64,000 bases of DNA from an uncultured Phycisphaerales bacterium (GTDB lineage: Bacteria > Planctomycetota > Phycisphaerae > Sedimentisphaerales > Anaerobacaceae), in the NCBI GenBank assembly GCA_963772725.1, contig CAVYYI010000004.1, positions 192,001 through 256,000 of the forward strand, read 5' to 3'. Positions 8,897-20,872 of this stretch are shown piece by piece. The position numbers were made by a program, and so were the translations under genes. The stretch's first letter is position 1. Every line of letters begins with the position of its first letter. Under the pieces are notes generated by a model. It ran no database searches. It had not been told where the DNA came from and saw only the letters and a list, made by a program, of their open reading frames with translations.

Positions 8897-9867
8897 GAAT
8901 CTCTTCTGAAAAAATATCCGCAGAAGCCCGTAAAACAGGCTTCAGACCCAATGTGCTCGAAAAGGCGGCGCAATTACTGGGCTTACTCAATGCTCTCGAT
9001 AGTCATCCTTTTCTCAAAGGCAAGCTGGCTCTCAAAGGTGGAACTGCATTGAATCTTTTCATATTCGATGTGCCAAGACTTTCCGTTGATATTGATTTGA
9101 ACTATATTGGTCCCGAAGATCAGGATGGAATACTTATAAGTGCGCCCAAAATCGAACAGGCTCTTGGTGCTGTCTTTTCCCGTGAAGGATTCAATATCCG
9201 ACAAATGCCTGATGAACACGCCGGCGGCAAATGGCTTTTGCAGTATCAAAGCTCATCCGGCCAGTTATCAAATCTGGAAGTTGATATCAACTTCATGTTC
9301 CGTATCCCGTTATGGCCGATTGCCAAAATGGACTCTAAACTTTTGGGAGTATGGCAGGCTAAAGATATACCCATTGTGGATATTCACGAACTTGCAGCAG
9401 GCAAACTCGCAGCGTTATTGTTGCGCCGACAGGCCAGAGATTTATTCGACTGCCATCAAATCATGTACAAGGCAAATCTTGAGTGTAATAAACTTAGAAT
9501 TGCCTTTGTCGTATATGGCGCAATGAATCGTAAAGACTGGAGAACGGTTTCGCTGGAAAATATCAACTTTGATACCGATGATCTTATCAGACAGCTTTTT
9601 CCAACACTAAGCCATGACTCCGGTAAAGAACAAAAAGACTTTGCTGAATATGGCAAAAAACTTGTTGATGAATGCAAGCAGGCCCTTTCTGCAATTTTAC
9701 CATTTACAAAGCCTGAGGAGGAATTTTTAAATCTGCTGCTCGATAAAGGACAAATCGCCCCTGAACTTTTAACCGATGATACATCCCTTCAGGATCGTAT
9801 CCGAATGCATCCCATGATTAACTGGAAAGCGATTAATGTCCGACAACACAAGGGATTTACCAAATAA
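8893..9867 (+). CDS. abiEii: AbiEii/AbiGii nucleotidyltransferase toxin
   Basis: LKGGTAL, RLSVDIDL, KLAAL and RDLFD motifs. Confidence 0.9.
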   Translation: MRISSEKISAEARKTGFRPNVLEKAAQLLGLLNALDSHPFLKGKLALKGGTALNLFIFDVPRLSVDIDLNYIGPEDQDGILISAPKIEQALGAVFSREGFNIRQMPDEHAGGKWLLQYQSSSGQLSNLEVDINFMFRIPLWPIAKMDSKLLGVWQAKDIPIVDIHELAAGKLAALLLRRQARDLFDCHQIMYKANLECNKLRIAFVVYGAMNRKDWRTVSLENINFDTDDLIRQLFPTLSHDSGKEQKDFAEYGKKLVDECKQALSAILPFTKPEEEFLNLLLDKGQIAPELLTDDTSLQDRIRMHPMINWKAINVRQHKGFTK

Positions 9868-9882
9868 TATGGTCGCTGTTTA

Positions 9883-10278
9883 CTATACAATATCCAGCCA
9901 GGTAAGTACCTCGATAATAGTTTTTTCAGTGCCGGCAAAATCGGCAACTATTCTCTGACACATACCGGCAGCAGTCGGATTGGCGGCAACAAATATTATC
10001 TTGTCAAAGCCGTGATCTATGATCTTGGCCAGGTTATTCTTGATATCGGATTTGCCGGTCTCAATTTCAATCACAATCTGCTGACCTGGTCTGGTTGCCA
10101 AAATATCAACAGCGCCGTTGCCCTTAACAGGATGCTCGCACGTAACCTCATATCCTTTTTTCTCAAAGTATTTGGTCGTTTGCCTGACCCAGTAGCGATG
10201 CTCCATGCTCTCACGCGGCCTGGGGCCAATTTCAATATGTGCCGAAGAGCAGACTGTCCTGCCAGAGTCAGTTAGTTC
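9883..10278 (-). pseudogene. C-terminal PD-(D/E)XK nuclease-like domain of a larger gene, 5'-truncated by IS66
   Basis: The frame stays open up to the IS end: ELTDSGRTVCSSAHIEIGPRPRESMEHRYW..VDILA..IEIETGKSD. Confidence 0.7.
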
Positions 10279-10366
10279 GTAACCGTCCGACCAAGTACAT
10301 ATTGTAAATGCTGATGAGGTAGGGATAATCGTTTTTGGTTTTGAGGTTTATTTAAGGAACAAAATC

Positions 10367-10720
10367 ATGAGCGATAATGGTAAAGTCACAAAAGCGGACC
10401 AGACCGAGTTCTGGAAAATGGTTTTGGAAACATACAAATCAAGCAATCTGTCAATTCATCAATTTTGCAAACAGGAAGGTCTTCACGAATGGGCATTTTA
10501 CTCTTGGCGTAGAAAGCTGGCAGGTCAGCAGCCTCAAAAATTCGTTACTCCAACAACACCAGATAATCCGGCATTTATCGAAGTTCCCGTCATACGCCCA
10601 AAGCCGCAGCCATTGGAACTTATACTAAGAAGCGGTCATATACTGAAAATACCCTCTGACATTGACCAGGGCACAATCAATAAGGTTTTCTCTGCATTAA
10701 AGGAAACACAGTTGTGCTGA
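10367..10720 (+). CDS. tnpA: IS66 accessory protein TnpA
   Basis: W..SNLSIHQFCKQEGL..FYSWRRKL helix-turn-helix, then FIEV. Confidence 0.85.
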   Translation: MSDNGKVTKADQTEFWKMVLETYKSSNLSIHQFCKQEGLHEWAFYSWRRKLAGQQPQKFVTPTTPDNPAFIEVPVIRPKPQPLELILRSGHILKIPSDIDQGTINKVFSALKETQLC

Positions 10721-11073
10721 CTTTACCCTGTTCGGTACGTATTTTTGTCTCTGTTGATCCAACTGATATGCGTTGCAGTTTCGACCGTCTGGCCGCGATG
10801 ACACAAACTATTTTAGGGCAGGACCCTTTAAGCGGTCATCTGTTTGTATTTTTCAATCGTTACCGCGACAGATGCAAGATACTATTCTGGGACAGGACGG
10901 GGTTTTGTCTATGGTACAAAAGGCTGGAAGAGGGTGTATTTCGATTGCCGCATCATTCTTCAGTAAAATGTCTTGAGATGGATTTGGCAAGGCTGACGCT
11001 GGTTCTCGAGGGCATAGACCTTTGTTCGGCACATCAGCGAAAAAGATTTTCAATTGGAAACGGCATATTTTGA
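10714..11073 (+). CDS. tnpB: IS66 accessory protein TnpB
   Basis: PTDMRCSFDRL..DPLSGHLFVFFNR..KILFWD..KRLEEG. Confidence 0.92.
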   Translation: MLTLPCSVRIFVSVDPTDMRCSFDRLAAMTQTILGQDPLSGHLFVFFNRYRDRCKILFWDRTGFCLWYKRLEEGVFRLPHHSSVKCLEMDLARLTLVLEGIDLCSAHQRKRFSIGNGIF

Positions 11074-11201
11074 TAATCTCAAAAAAAATATTTCACTTTT
11101 TTTTGAATATTATCATTATTTCTCTTGACATTATCCGATTATATGATATATAGGAGTCATCGTTACGGATAATGATGTAGAAAAAAGCTTTAACGGAATA
11201 A

Positions 11202-12748
11202 ATGATTACAACAAACACACCTATTACAGAACTGCCCAGCGACGTTGAAACCCTCAGAGAGATGGTTTTAAAACTGTTGGCTAATGTTGACGACCTCAAT
11301 CAGCAGCTGGCCTGGTTCAAGCGTCATGTATTCGGCAGAAGGAGCGAGAAGCTTGATCCTGCCCAGAGGCTGCTTTTTGAGGGTCTTTGTACAGAACTTG
11401 AGTCGAGGATTGCGGCAGAACAACAAAAGGCTGATGCATGTGTTGAAACGCCGAAACCAAAGAATGCCAGTCATCATGGCAGACGTCCTTTACCTGAGGA
11501 TTTACCCCGCCAGCGGATAGAGTATCATCCCCCGGAAGAGGAACTTATCTGCCCATCCTGCGGAAAAGAAAAACAGGTAATCGGCGAAGAGATAACAGAG
11601 CAGCTTGATTATGTGCCTGCATCATTTGTTGTTCGTCAGCATGTGCGCATTAAATATGCCTGCCCTGACTGCAAAGAAAATGTATCCATAGCAGAACTTC
11701 CTGCATTTCCCATAGAAAAGGGTCGTCCCGGGACAGGACTGCTTGCTCATATAATTACCAGCAAATATACCGACCACCTCCCGCTTAATCGTCAGGAGAA
11801 TATTTTCGGTCGGCATGATGTGGAAATCAGGCGTTCCACTATGTGTGACTGGGTAGGGCAATGTGCCGGTCTGCTTGAGCCTATCGCCAAAGAAATGAAG
11901 AGGCAGTTGTTAAAATCGCCTAAGATTCATACCGATGATACGACCATCCCTGTTCAGTGCAAGGATCGTAAAAGCACTTATGACGGTTATTTATGGGTAT
12001 ATGCCGATATGAGTGATAATGTTGTGTTCGATTTTACACCGACACGATGTCGGGATGGGCCTATCAATTTTCTGGGGAGTTACAGCGGATATATACAGGC
12101 GGATGCATACAAGGGTTACGACAAGCTCTTTGCCGAAGGCAGATGTACTGAGGTAGGCTGCTGGGGCATTGCAGGCGCAAGTTTGATGAGGCTATTGAGA
12201 CTGATAAGGAGCGAGCCGGGATTATGCTCGCATTGATAGGCAGTCTCTACGATGTGGAACGTGATGCAAAGAGACGTAACCTTGACGCTGACAGTATAAA
12301 GTCACTGCGTCAGGAAAAGAGTAAACCCATTCTCGAAGAGATTCGCAGAGTCATTGATAGCTGGTCGCTACAGATTTTGCCGAAGAGTCCAATTGGCAAG
12401 GCGATAAATTATGCACTTGGTCAGTGGAAAGCATTAAACAGATATATTGAGAACGGAATCCTTTCGATAGATAATAATCTTTCAGAACGGATTTTAAGAA
12501 TGGTTGTTCTCGGGCGTAAAAACTGGCTGTTTGCCGGCAATGAGAACGGAGCCCAAAGGGCAGCGACCATATACAGTCTGGTTGCAAGCTGCAAACTAAG
12601 TGATATTGACCCATTCGTATATTTCAGGGATGTTCTTGAACGTGTCAGCACGCACCCCAACAGCCGGATTGCCGAACTGACACCTCCAAACTGGAAAAAG
12701 CTGTATTTCAAATCTGTCACAGAAGCAAACCCAACTCAAAACAACTAA
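11202..12748 (+). CDS. tnpC: IS66 transposase TnpC (one frameshift near 12163)
   Basis: FGRRSEK, zinc finger, HTDDT, QADAY and IDNNLSER..GRKNWLFAG motifs. One extra base at the G-run restores CWxHCRRKF. Confidence 0.92.
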
Positions 12749-12895
12749 ACGACAGCCCCATTCTTCGTAAAAATAAATTTCACTTGTGTACTATCCGCAA
12801 CCTGTAGTTGGTCGGACGGTTACCTTGAGATCAAAGAATTTTGATTTTGGATTAAAAAACCTCTGCGACCTTTGCGGCCTTGCGGTTAATTGGGA

Positions 12896-14638
12896 TTATT
12901 CAAACTGGATATCGGTAAGCGCCAGTTGGACGGAGGAACTGCCGTTATAAGTATTAATGTCAGGTTCGTAGGCGATGTTGAAAAACTGGTTTTCGAGCAG
13001 CTTTTTTTCGAGCTTTCCCATGCCAAAGCCGATGCAGCGGATTGTATGTTTGCTATCGGTTATCACAATTTGCAGATGGTCGCTGTTAGCCCCGACCCTT
13101 CGCGGCGGTGAGGCCAGTTTGACGCCTTTCGTGGCGAAAACAGGTCTTGGATTGCCCTGTCCGAATGGGGCCAGTGTGAGCAATTCTTCGACGGCCTGCC
13201 TGCGAAACTGGTTTAATGGAACCGCGGCGTCAATATGAAGTTTGTCGGCGACTTCCTCCTGGCTGAGATGTTCTTTTGCATAGGCCTCGATGTCGGCGGC
13301 GAAGTGTTCGATTTTTTGTGTTTCAATGGTTATGCCGGCGGCCATTTTGTGACCGCCGAAAGTTGTTAAATGATGTGAGCAGGCGGTAATTGCACCGAGC
13401 AGGTCGAAGCCTGCGATTGAGCGTCCGGAACCCTGGGCGATTCCGTTGGAGGCGTTTAGCATAATCGTTGGCCGATAGAATTTATCGACGATTCTCGAAG
13501 CGACGATACCTATAACGCCGGTATGCCAGTTTTCGCCCGCCAGGACGATGCTTTTTCTGTCGGGGTGGTTAAGTCCCTGCTGGGTAATCATTTCGCAGGC
13601 CTGCTTGAAGATTTTTCTCTCGTACTGCTGCCGCTGGGCGTTCTGTTCCTTGAGATATTCAGCAATTTGCGTCGAACGAATCGGGCTGTCGCATGTTAAA
13701 AGTTCGACGGCCAGTCGCGCGTGTCCCATTCTGCCGGCGGCGTTAAGTATCGGGGCGAGCCGAAAACCGATATGAAAGCTGTCAAGTCCGTGTCCTGTAA
13801 GTCCCGCTGTTTCTATCAAGGCCTGAATACCGGGCATTTTGCATTGCGGAAGGGCTTTGAGGCCGTAGTTGACCAGGATTCTGTTTTCGCCTCTAAGGTC
13901 AACGATATCGGCGACAGTACCCATAGCGGCAAGGCTTGTCGCATTGAGCATAAATTCTCGCAATTCGGTATCAAGCCTTGTACCGACCTTGAATTCATTC
14001 GCGATTGCCCATGCAAGTTTGAAGGCGACCATTGCGCCGGAGGCATCTTGGTTGGGATATGAGGCGTCCATCGCTGGATGAACAATTGCTAACGCTTTTG
14101 GTGTGTTATGGTCGGGACGATGATGGTCTGTGATTATCAGATCAACACCGGTTTGCGAGGCGGTTTCGGCGGCGTTTGCAGCGGTGATGCCGCAATCGAC
14201 GGTAACTAAAAGTTTTGTCCCGGATGCTGCCAGCTTTTTTACGGCTTCTGCGTTCAGGCCGTAACCTTCCTCGATTCTGTGGGGGATGTAATAATCCACG
14301 CTGCCTTTGAGGAGCTTTATAATCTGCCAGAGAATTGCCACGCCGGTGATTCCGTCAACATCGTAATCGCCATAGACAGTGATTTTCTCATTATTTTTGA
14401 TGGCGTGTTTTATTCGCGTTACCGCCTGCGGGATTCCCGGCATCCGCTCGGGGGCGATAAGTTCTGTCAGTTTGGGGTTGAGGAAAATTTTGGCGGTGTC
14501 GATATCGTTAACCCCGCGATTTATTAAAACCTGTGCGGTTACGGGAGAAATACTGAGAGATTTCGCGAGATTTTCCGCTCGGCTGTCTGCCGGTTTGATA
14601 ATCCATTGTTTCTTTTGCATCCTTGCGGCCAACTGCAT
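12896..14638 (-). CDS. recJ: Single-stranded-DNA-specific exonuclease RecJ
   Basis: YGDYDVDG, VDCG, TDHH, NAAGR, GSGRS and GGH motifs. Confidence 0.97.
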   Translation of the reverse strand: MQLAARMQKKQWIIKPADSRAENLAKSLSISPVTAQVLINRGVNDIDTAKIFLNPKLTELIAPERMPGIPQAVTRIKHAIKNNEKITVYGDYDVDGITGVAILWQIIKLLKGSVDYYIPHRIEEGYGLNAEAVKKLAASGTKLLVTVDCGITAANAAETASQTGVDLIITDHHRPDHNTPKALAIVHPAMDASYPNQDASGAMVAFKLAWAIANEFKVGTRLDTELREFMLNATSLAAMGTVADIVDLRGENRILVNYGLKALPQCKMPGIQALIETAGLTGHGLDSFHIGFRLAPILNAAGRMGHARLAVELLTCDSPIRSTQIAEYLKEQNAQRQQYERKIFKQACEMITQQGLNHPDRKSIVLAGENWHTGVIGIVASRIVDKFYRPTIMLNASNGIAQGSGRSIAGFDLLGAITACSHHLTTFGGHKMAAGITIETQKIEHFAADIEAYAKEHLSQEEVADKLHIDAAVPLNQFRRQAVEELLTLAPFGQGNPRPVFATKGVKLASPPRRVGANSDHLQIVITDSKHTIRCIGFGMGKLEKKLLENQFFNIAYEPDINTYNGSSSVQLALTDIQFE

Positions 14639-14760
14639 TGCTATCCTGCCTTGAATTCTGCTGTTGATTTAATACTCAGGCGTTAAATATACCAGAAAAA
14701 CGGCACTACGCAAGGAAAAACAGTAAGAAATTCAGAACACAGAATGCAGCAGTCAACGGA

Positions 14761-14990
14761 ACGGACAGGGATAAGCTGCAAAAGTGGTCAATTGCGACAT
14801 TCAGAACGACAAACAGAGGCACTATCGCAAAGCTTTGCCAAACAGATATTTATGATATTAACGCCGAAGAAGACGACAAACAGAACGACAATCAGACGAC
14901 AAACAAAAGACAGGCAGGCGACAAACAAGCGACAACTAACAAGAATTATAAGAATGATAAGAAAGAAAAGAATGAAAAAAACCTCAATCA
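14761..14990 (+). pseudogene. Remnant of a phage-type replication initiator / replisome-organiser gene
   Basis: Startless frame KLQKWSIATFRTTNRGTIAKLCQTDIYDIN..QTTNKRQAGDKQATTNKNYKNDKKEKNEK, with internal GACAAAC/GACAAT direct repeats. Confidence 0.6.
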
Positions 14991-15010
14991 ATTCAGCTTT
15001 TACCAGTTAA

Positions 15011-16125
<1,115 letters not shown>

Positions 16126-16136
16126 ATTATTTTTAT

Positions 16137-16283
16137 CCGCACAGGTCGCGGAGTTCGCGGAGAAATAAAAAATTAGACAGGATTTACAGGATTTACAAAG
16201 ATAAAAAAAAGAGAAATAAAATACATTTTAATCTTGTTATCCGGTCTGAAAAATCTGTGTGAATCTGTGAAATCTGTGGTTAA
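16137..16283. repeat. Degenerate ~9-nt periodic intergenic repeat cluster with inverted arms
   Basis: GACAGGATTTACAGGATTTAC ... AATCTTGTTATCCGGTC, AATCTGTGTGAATCTGTGAAATCTGTGGTT. Confidence 0.7.
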
Positions 16284-16303
16284 CTCTTTAAAGGATTGAT
16301 ATT

Positions 16304-17140
16304 GTGAAAACAATGAAAGCGTTGTTTTTGGGTTGTTTGGTATGCCTGAGTATCTACGCAGGCGGGTGTTATGTTACAGGATTTCTGACTCCTGAAAGTC
16401 CGCCGGACGCTAACGAAGTTATTCAGGGTTACAGAAATGTGGCGTTGAATCAGACCACCTCGATTGAGGCTCTGGCGGCTATCAATCTGCCGAACTACGA
16501 GCTTGTCAGCCAGAGCAAAAACGTAATTGCGTCGGCCGGTGCGAAAAAAGACGGCTATGAACGCTGGTTTACGATGGTTGGTTTCAATGAGAACGAATTG
16601 ACTGCCAAGAGAAAATATCTTCTTACCGTTGATGAAAGGCCTAAATTTTTATTTGTCAGCCCGTGGGAAGGTCTTAGTTTCGACTGCAAAATGATATTTC
16701 CTGCCGAAGTGCTGAATAAGCCTTATAACAATGAGAATGCCAGGCGGATTGCTGTTATAAGGCAGGTGCTTGAAAGTTTCCGCAAAGACATAAAGGAAGT
16801 AAATCAGGACAATAAGGTTCTCTCTACGACGGGTATGATGGTTAATCAGGCCTTTGAAACGGTTCTCGTTCAGCTTGACGCTTCGCCTGCGCCGGCAGCG
16901 TGGCTCGATGACCCGAATAAAGGCGTGGAATTTCATCATATTAACATGGACAGGGGAAAAATCTTTCAGACTATTTCCGATGATACTGTAATCATCAGGA
17001 TGAGACTTGGTTCTTATGCGAAGAAATTCAAGCTGTATTTTGAGCAGGAAGCACTCGAACCCGGAAAAGGTTCAAGACCCCAATATAACACGACAAAAAT
17101 AATTCAAAAATCAAAGTTAAAAATGCAAAACTTGTCCTGA
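16304..17140 (+). CDS. Hypothetical lipoprotein
   Basis: Signal peptide ending in the lipobox AGGC. Confidence 0.65.
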   Translation: MKTMKALFLGCLVCLSIYAGGCYVTGFLTPESPPDANEVIQGYRNVALNQTTSIEALAAINLPNYELVSQSKNVIASAGAKKDGYERWFTMVGFNENELTAKRKYLLTVDERPKFLFVSPWEGLSFDCKMIFPAEVLNKPYNNENARRIAVIRQVLESFRKDIKEVNQDNKVLSTTGMMVNQAFETVLVQLDASPAPAAWLDDPNKGVEFHHINMDRGKIFQTISDDTVIIRMRLGSYAKKFKLYFEQEALEPGKGSRPQYNTTKIIQKSKLKMQNLS

Positions 17141-17154
17141 GCGAAGTCGAAGGA
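17131..17154 (+). repeat. REP-like half element CTTGTCCTGAGCGAAGTCGAAGGA
   Basis: Resembles the widespread ..CCTGAGCGAAGTCGAAGG.. repeat family (recalled, not searched). It supplies the stop codon of the upstream gene. Confidence 0.5.
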
Positions 17155-17236
17155 TTGTTGAATCCCGACTTCTTCGGGATAATATTCTTATTGCGTTCGG
17201 CAGATTTCCCATTTTTGCAAAAGTTCCGTTATATAT

Positions 17237-18688
17237 TTGTTTATGAGCGAAAGTACGGCGAGATCATTGGTTACAACAGGGGGGTGCAGGGATGTACTGC
17301 GGATTGCGCTGCCTTTGATTCTTAGCACCGGCGCTGAAACGATTCAGATGTTTATCGACCGTGTTTTTTTGATGTGGTATTCTGGTGCGACGATGTCGGC
17401 GGCAATGTTTGCCGGGATGGCGAGTTTTACAATATTAAGTCTGTTTCTTGGTACGGCAACTTATGTTAATACGTTTGTGGCACAGTATGACGGAGCGGGG
17501 CGGACGGAGCGAGTCGGAGAAGCGTTATGGCAGGGGATATATTTTTCAATCGCCGCAGGTCTGATAATCGCCGGAGTCGGAATATTTTCAGAACAGATAG
17601 TAAATCTCGTGGGGCACGACTTGTCGCTGCGAGGTTATGAAGCAACGTATTTTCGAATTCTGTGTTTTGGTTCGATGCCGCTGCTTATCGCGTCGGTGCT
17701 TTCATGTTTTTTCACCGGTCGCGGAAAAACCTGGACGGTGATGTTGGTTACAGCCGGTGCGACCCTTGTGAATATTGTTCTTGATTACTGCCTGATATTC
17801 GGACACTTTAATATGCCTCGCTGGGGTATTGCCGGTGCGGCATGGGCGACTGTCGCATCGAATGTATTCGCGATGCTGGCTTATCTGCTGCTATTTTTAA
17901 GAAAAGGTCATAGACAAAAATACAATACTGCTGGCGGCTGGAGATTTGATAAGGAATTGTTCTTGAGGCTGATGAAATACGGGTTGCCAAGCGGTGTGCA
18001 ATTTATGCTCAACATATTGGGATTCGCGATTTTCATCGCACTTGTAGGCAGAATCTCGCCGGTATATCTAACGGCTACTTCCATGGCATTTCAGATTAAT
18101 CTTCTCGCGTTTATGCCGATGGTGGGTTTCAGTATGGCAGTAAGTACGCTGGTGGGCCAGACGCTGGGAAGAAACAGACCTGACCTGGCACAGAAAAGCA
18201 CATGGTCTGCGGCGTATTTGACAATAACCTATATGTCTCTGATTGCAGCGGGATATGTACTGGTTCCTGAGTTATTTATGTATCCATTTTCCGCCCAGGC
18301 TAATCCGGCGGAATACACCGCCATTCGCCCGATTGTTATAAAACTTTTGTGTTTGGTGGCTGCGTATTCGTTGTTCGATACGGGCAATCTTATCTTTTCA
18401 GCGGCTTTAAAGGGGGCGGGGGATACGCGATTTGTTATGGTTGTTTCCCTGGTATTGAATTGGGTGATTATGGTTATTCCAAGTTATCTGGCTGTCAGGC
18501 TGGCTAAGGGGTTTGACAGTCTTTATTGGGCGTGGACGGCGTTAACGGCTTATGTGTGTGTTTTAGCAGTTCTGTTTCTGCTGCGGTTTCTCGCGGGTAA
18601 ATGGAAAAGTATGCGGGTTATCGAAGCGGTACCTGTGGCTATTTCTCACGGTACGCCGGGTATCCCGACTATTGAGACAAAATCATAA
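17237..18688 (+). CDS. MATE family efflux transporter
   Basis: About 12 TM segments with IALPLI, FIDRVF, NIVLDYCLIFG, GIAGAAWAT and LKGAGDTR. Confidence 0.93.
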   Translation: MFMSESTARSLVTTGGCRDVLRIALPLILSTGAETIQMFIDRVFLMWYSGATMSAAMFAGMASFTILSLFLGTATYVNTFVAQYDGAGRTERVGEALWQGIYFSIAAGLIIAGVGIFSEQIVNLVGHDLSLRGYEATYFRILCFGSMPLLIASVLSCFFTGRGKTWTVMLVTAGATLVNIVLDYCLIFGHFNMPRWGIAGAAWATVASNVFAMLAYLLLFLRKGHRQKYNTAGGWRFDKELFLRLMKYGLPSGVQFMLNILGFAIFIALVGRISPVYLTATSMAFQINLLAFMPMVGFSMAVSTLVGQTLGRNRPDLAQKSTWSAAYLTITYMSLIAAGYVLVPELFMYPFSAQANPAEYTAIRPIVIKLLCLVAAYSLFDTGNLIFSAALKGAGDTRFVMVVSLVLNWVIMVIPSYLAVRLAKGFDSLYWAWTALTAYVCVLAVLFLLRFLAGKWKSMRVIEAVPVAISHGTPGIPTIETKS

Positions 18689-18696
18689 TCAATTAA

Positions 18697-19062
18697 AAGA
18701 GCGGGTCTGTAAGCCGAGTTCTGTGTCCGCCGTTTCCGGCAGGCCGGTCATTTATCTGGACCGACGTTACCGGCTGGTTCTATGCGACCTACCCGCCGGA
18801 TTATCGACCGGGCCGGACTACCGGCATATTTGGTCTTGCAGGCGGTGGGGTTTGCCGTGCCGCCGCCGTTACCGGCGACGCGGTGCGCTCTTACCGCACC
18901 ATTTCACCATTGCCTGAGCCGCTTTGGCGAGCCATCGGCTGTGTATTTTCTGTGGCACTTTCCCTCGGGTCGCCCCGGGCGGCCGTTAGCCGCCACCGTG
19001 CCCTGTCCTGCTCGGACTTTCCTCCGGCGCATTCCGCCGGCGACCGCTCGAACCCGCTCTTT
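18697..19062 (-). ncRNA. rnpB: RNase P RNA (type A)
   Basis: Minus strand carries GAGGAAAGTCCG, GAAAGTGCCACAGAAAA, GGTAAGAGCGCACCGC, GGCAAACCCC and ACAGAACTCGGCTTA. Extended -10 TGGTATAAT at 19099-19091. Confidence 0.97.
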
Positions 19063-19230
19063 TAATTGATTACGATTTCCTTTAACGGTTATTATACCAA
19101 AAACTGGCTGAAAAAAAACTGTCTTGATTTATTTTACTGATTTGATACAGTCTATATCGTACAATTCAACTGACCGGCGTATAGAAAAGAAAGCGATGAT
19201 TATTATGTGGTTTGAGGCAAAAGTGGGAAA

Positions 19231-20872
19231 ATGCTGAAGTCTACTGTTCATAAATCTGAACGAATGCCGCTCCTTTTGGGGATGCCGGAACCTTATATGG
19301 ATGAAAGGCCCGTAAACTATGCTGACCGTGCGGGACAGTGGTATTCTGCATCGGTTTTGCCTGCCTCAAAAAAGCAGTTAGGTCAATACTTTACTCCTGT
19401 TGAAGTGGCAGATTTTATGGCCGCTCAGCTTTTGCCTAGGAATGAGACGACTCGGCTTATTGACCCAGGGGCTGGTACCGGAATTTTGGCGTGTGCTGCT
19501 TGTGAGTATTTAGCATCGCAAAAGCAAAGGCCGCCACAACTGATGCTCAATGTGTATGAAATAGACCCGAACCTTACAGTAATTCTCGAAAAAACGCTTT
19601 CTTATTTGGCTGAATATCTAACGAAGAAAAACATCATATTCGAATTTAAAATTAACGTCGAAGATTTTATTTTGAAATATGCATACGTATTAGAGAAAAA
19701 TCCAAGCCTTTATAATGCCGATAGGATTAAGCCGAGATTTGATATATGTATCTCAAATCCCCCTTATTTTAAGATACCAAAGTCGGATATACGCGCAGGC
19801 TGCCGAATGTGTGGTTCATGGTCAGCCGAATATTTATGCTCTCTTTATGGCTGTTTCCGCATCACTTCTTAGTGGACATGGCGAGTTGGTTTTCATTACC
19901 CCTCGAAGTTTTGCTTCTGGCCAGTATTTTCAGTTGTTTCGTGAGCATTTCTTTGAAATAATAAAACCTGAGTTTATACATATCTTTGATTCTCAACGAC
20001 ATGCTTTTGAGAGAGATGATGTTCTGCAGGAAAATATTATTATTAAAGGCAGCTATGACAGCAACAGACATTCTGATTTACAACAATTGGTTACAATTTC
20101 GAAAAGTACAGGTATCAAAGACATAATGCAGGCTAAGTGTAAGAGGTTGCCTCTTTGTGTTATACTTGACCTTGAGACTAGAGAAAAGGTTTTGAAAATT
20201 CCGCATATTGACCACAGTGAAATAGTTTTCGACAAGACGGCGAAGTTGAAAGGTTCTTTGTATAAATACGGTCTTGAGATTTCCACAGGACCAGTGGTGG
20301 CTTTTAGATCTGTCCAGTTTATATTAGAGAAAAATATGGGTAAGAAAAATTATGCCCCACTTTTATGGCTGCAAAATGTTCATCCGATGAATGTTATATG
20401 GCCTACTGGCACGCGGCAGAAGCCACAGTATATTGAGTTATTACCTGAATCGATGTATCTTCTTGTTCCGAATAGGAATTATGTTTTGATTCGAAGATTC
20501 AGCGCAAAAGAAGAAATGCGAAGGCTTATAGCTGCGCCGCTGATTGATGGGATGTTGCCTTGTGAATGGCTTGGTTTAGAAAACCATCTTAACTATATCT
20601 ATCGGCCTAATGGTACTTTGTCCGAAGAAGAAGCGTGGGGATTGGCTGTTTTGTATAATAGTTCTTTTTATGATGCATATTTTCGTATGCTGAACGGTAG
20701 CACTCAGGTTAGCGCAACCGAAATACGCTCAATTCCGTTGCCGCCATTAGATGTAATTATTGAAATTGGTAAAAGAGCAATGACTTGTGCAAATATACAT
20801 GAGAATATTGATTCTTTGACACAACTTGCTTTTCAGAACACAGACATAAAAAGAAAGGACATCTATGTCTAA
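19231..20872 (+). CDS. Type II N6-adenine DNA methyltransferase, BsuBI/PstI/Eco57I-like (frameshift near 19790)
   Basis: LGQYFTP, DPGAGTG, ISNPPY, NIYALF, STGPVVAFR and ENHLN motifs. Confidence 0.9.

Larger units (their letters stand above)
10279..12823 (+). mobile_element. IS66 family element (three-gene type)
   Basis: IRL GTAACCGTCCGACCAAGTACA (10279-10299) and IRR (12803-12823) match at 20/21. tnpA, tnpB and tnpC lie inside. Confidence 0.95.

Noticed and set aside
14744..15010. ORFs 14744-15010 (+) and 14788-14991 (-) as real genes
   Set aside because: Low-complexity alternative frames. The protein-like signal is in a different, startless frame.
18672..19069. Short ORFs 18672-18917, 18782-19069 and 18883-19065
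   Set aside because: Antisense shadows of the GC-rich RNase P RNA.
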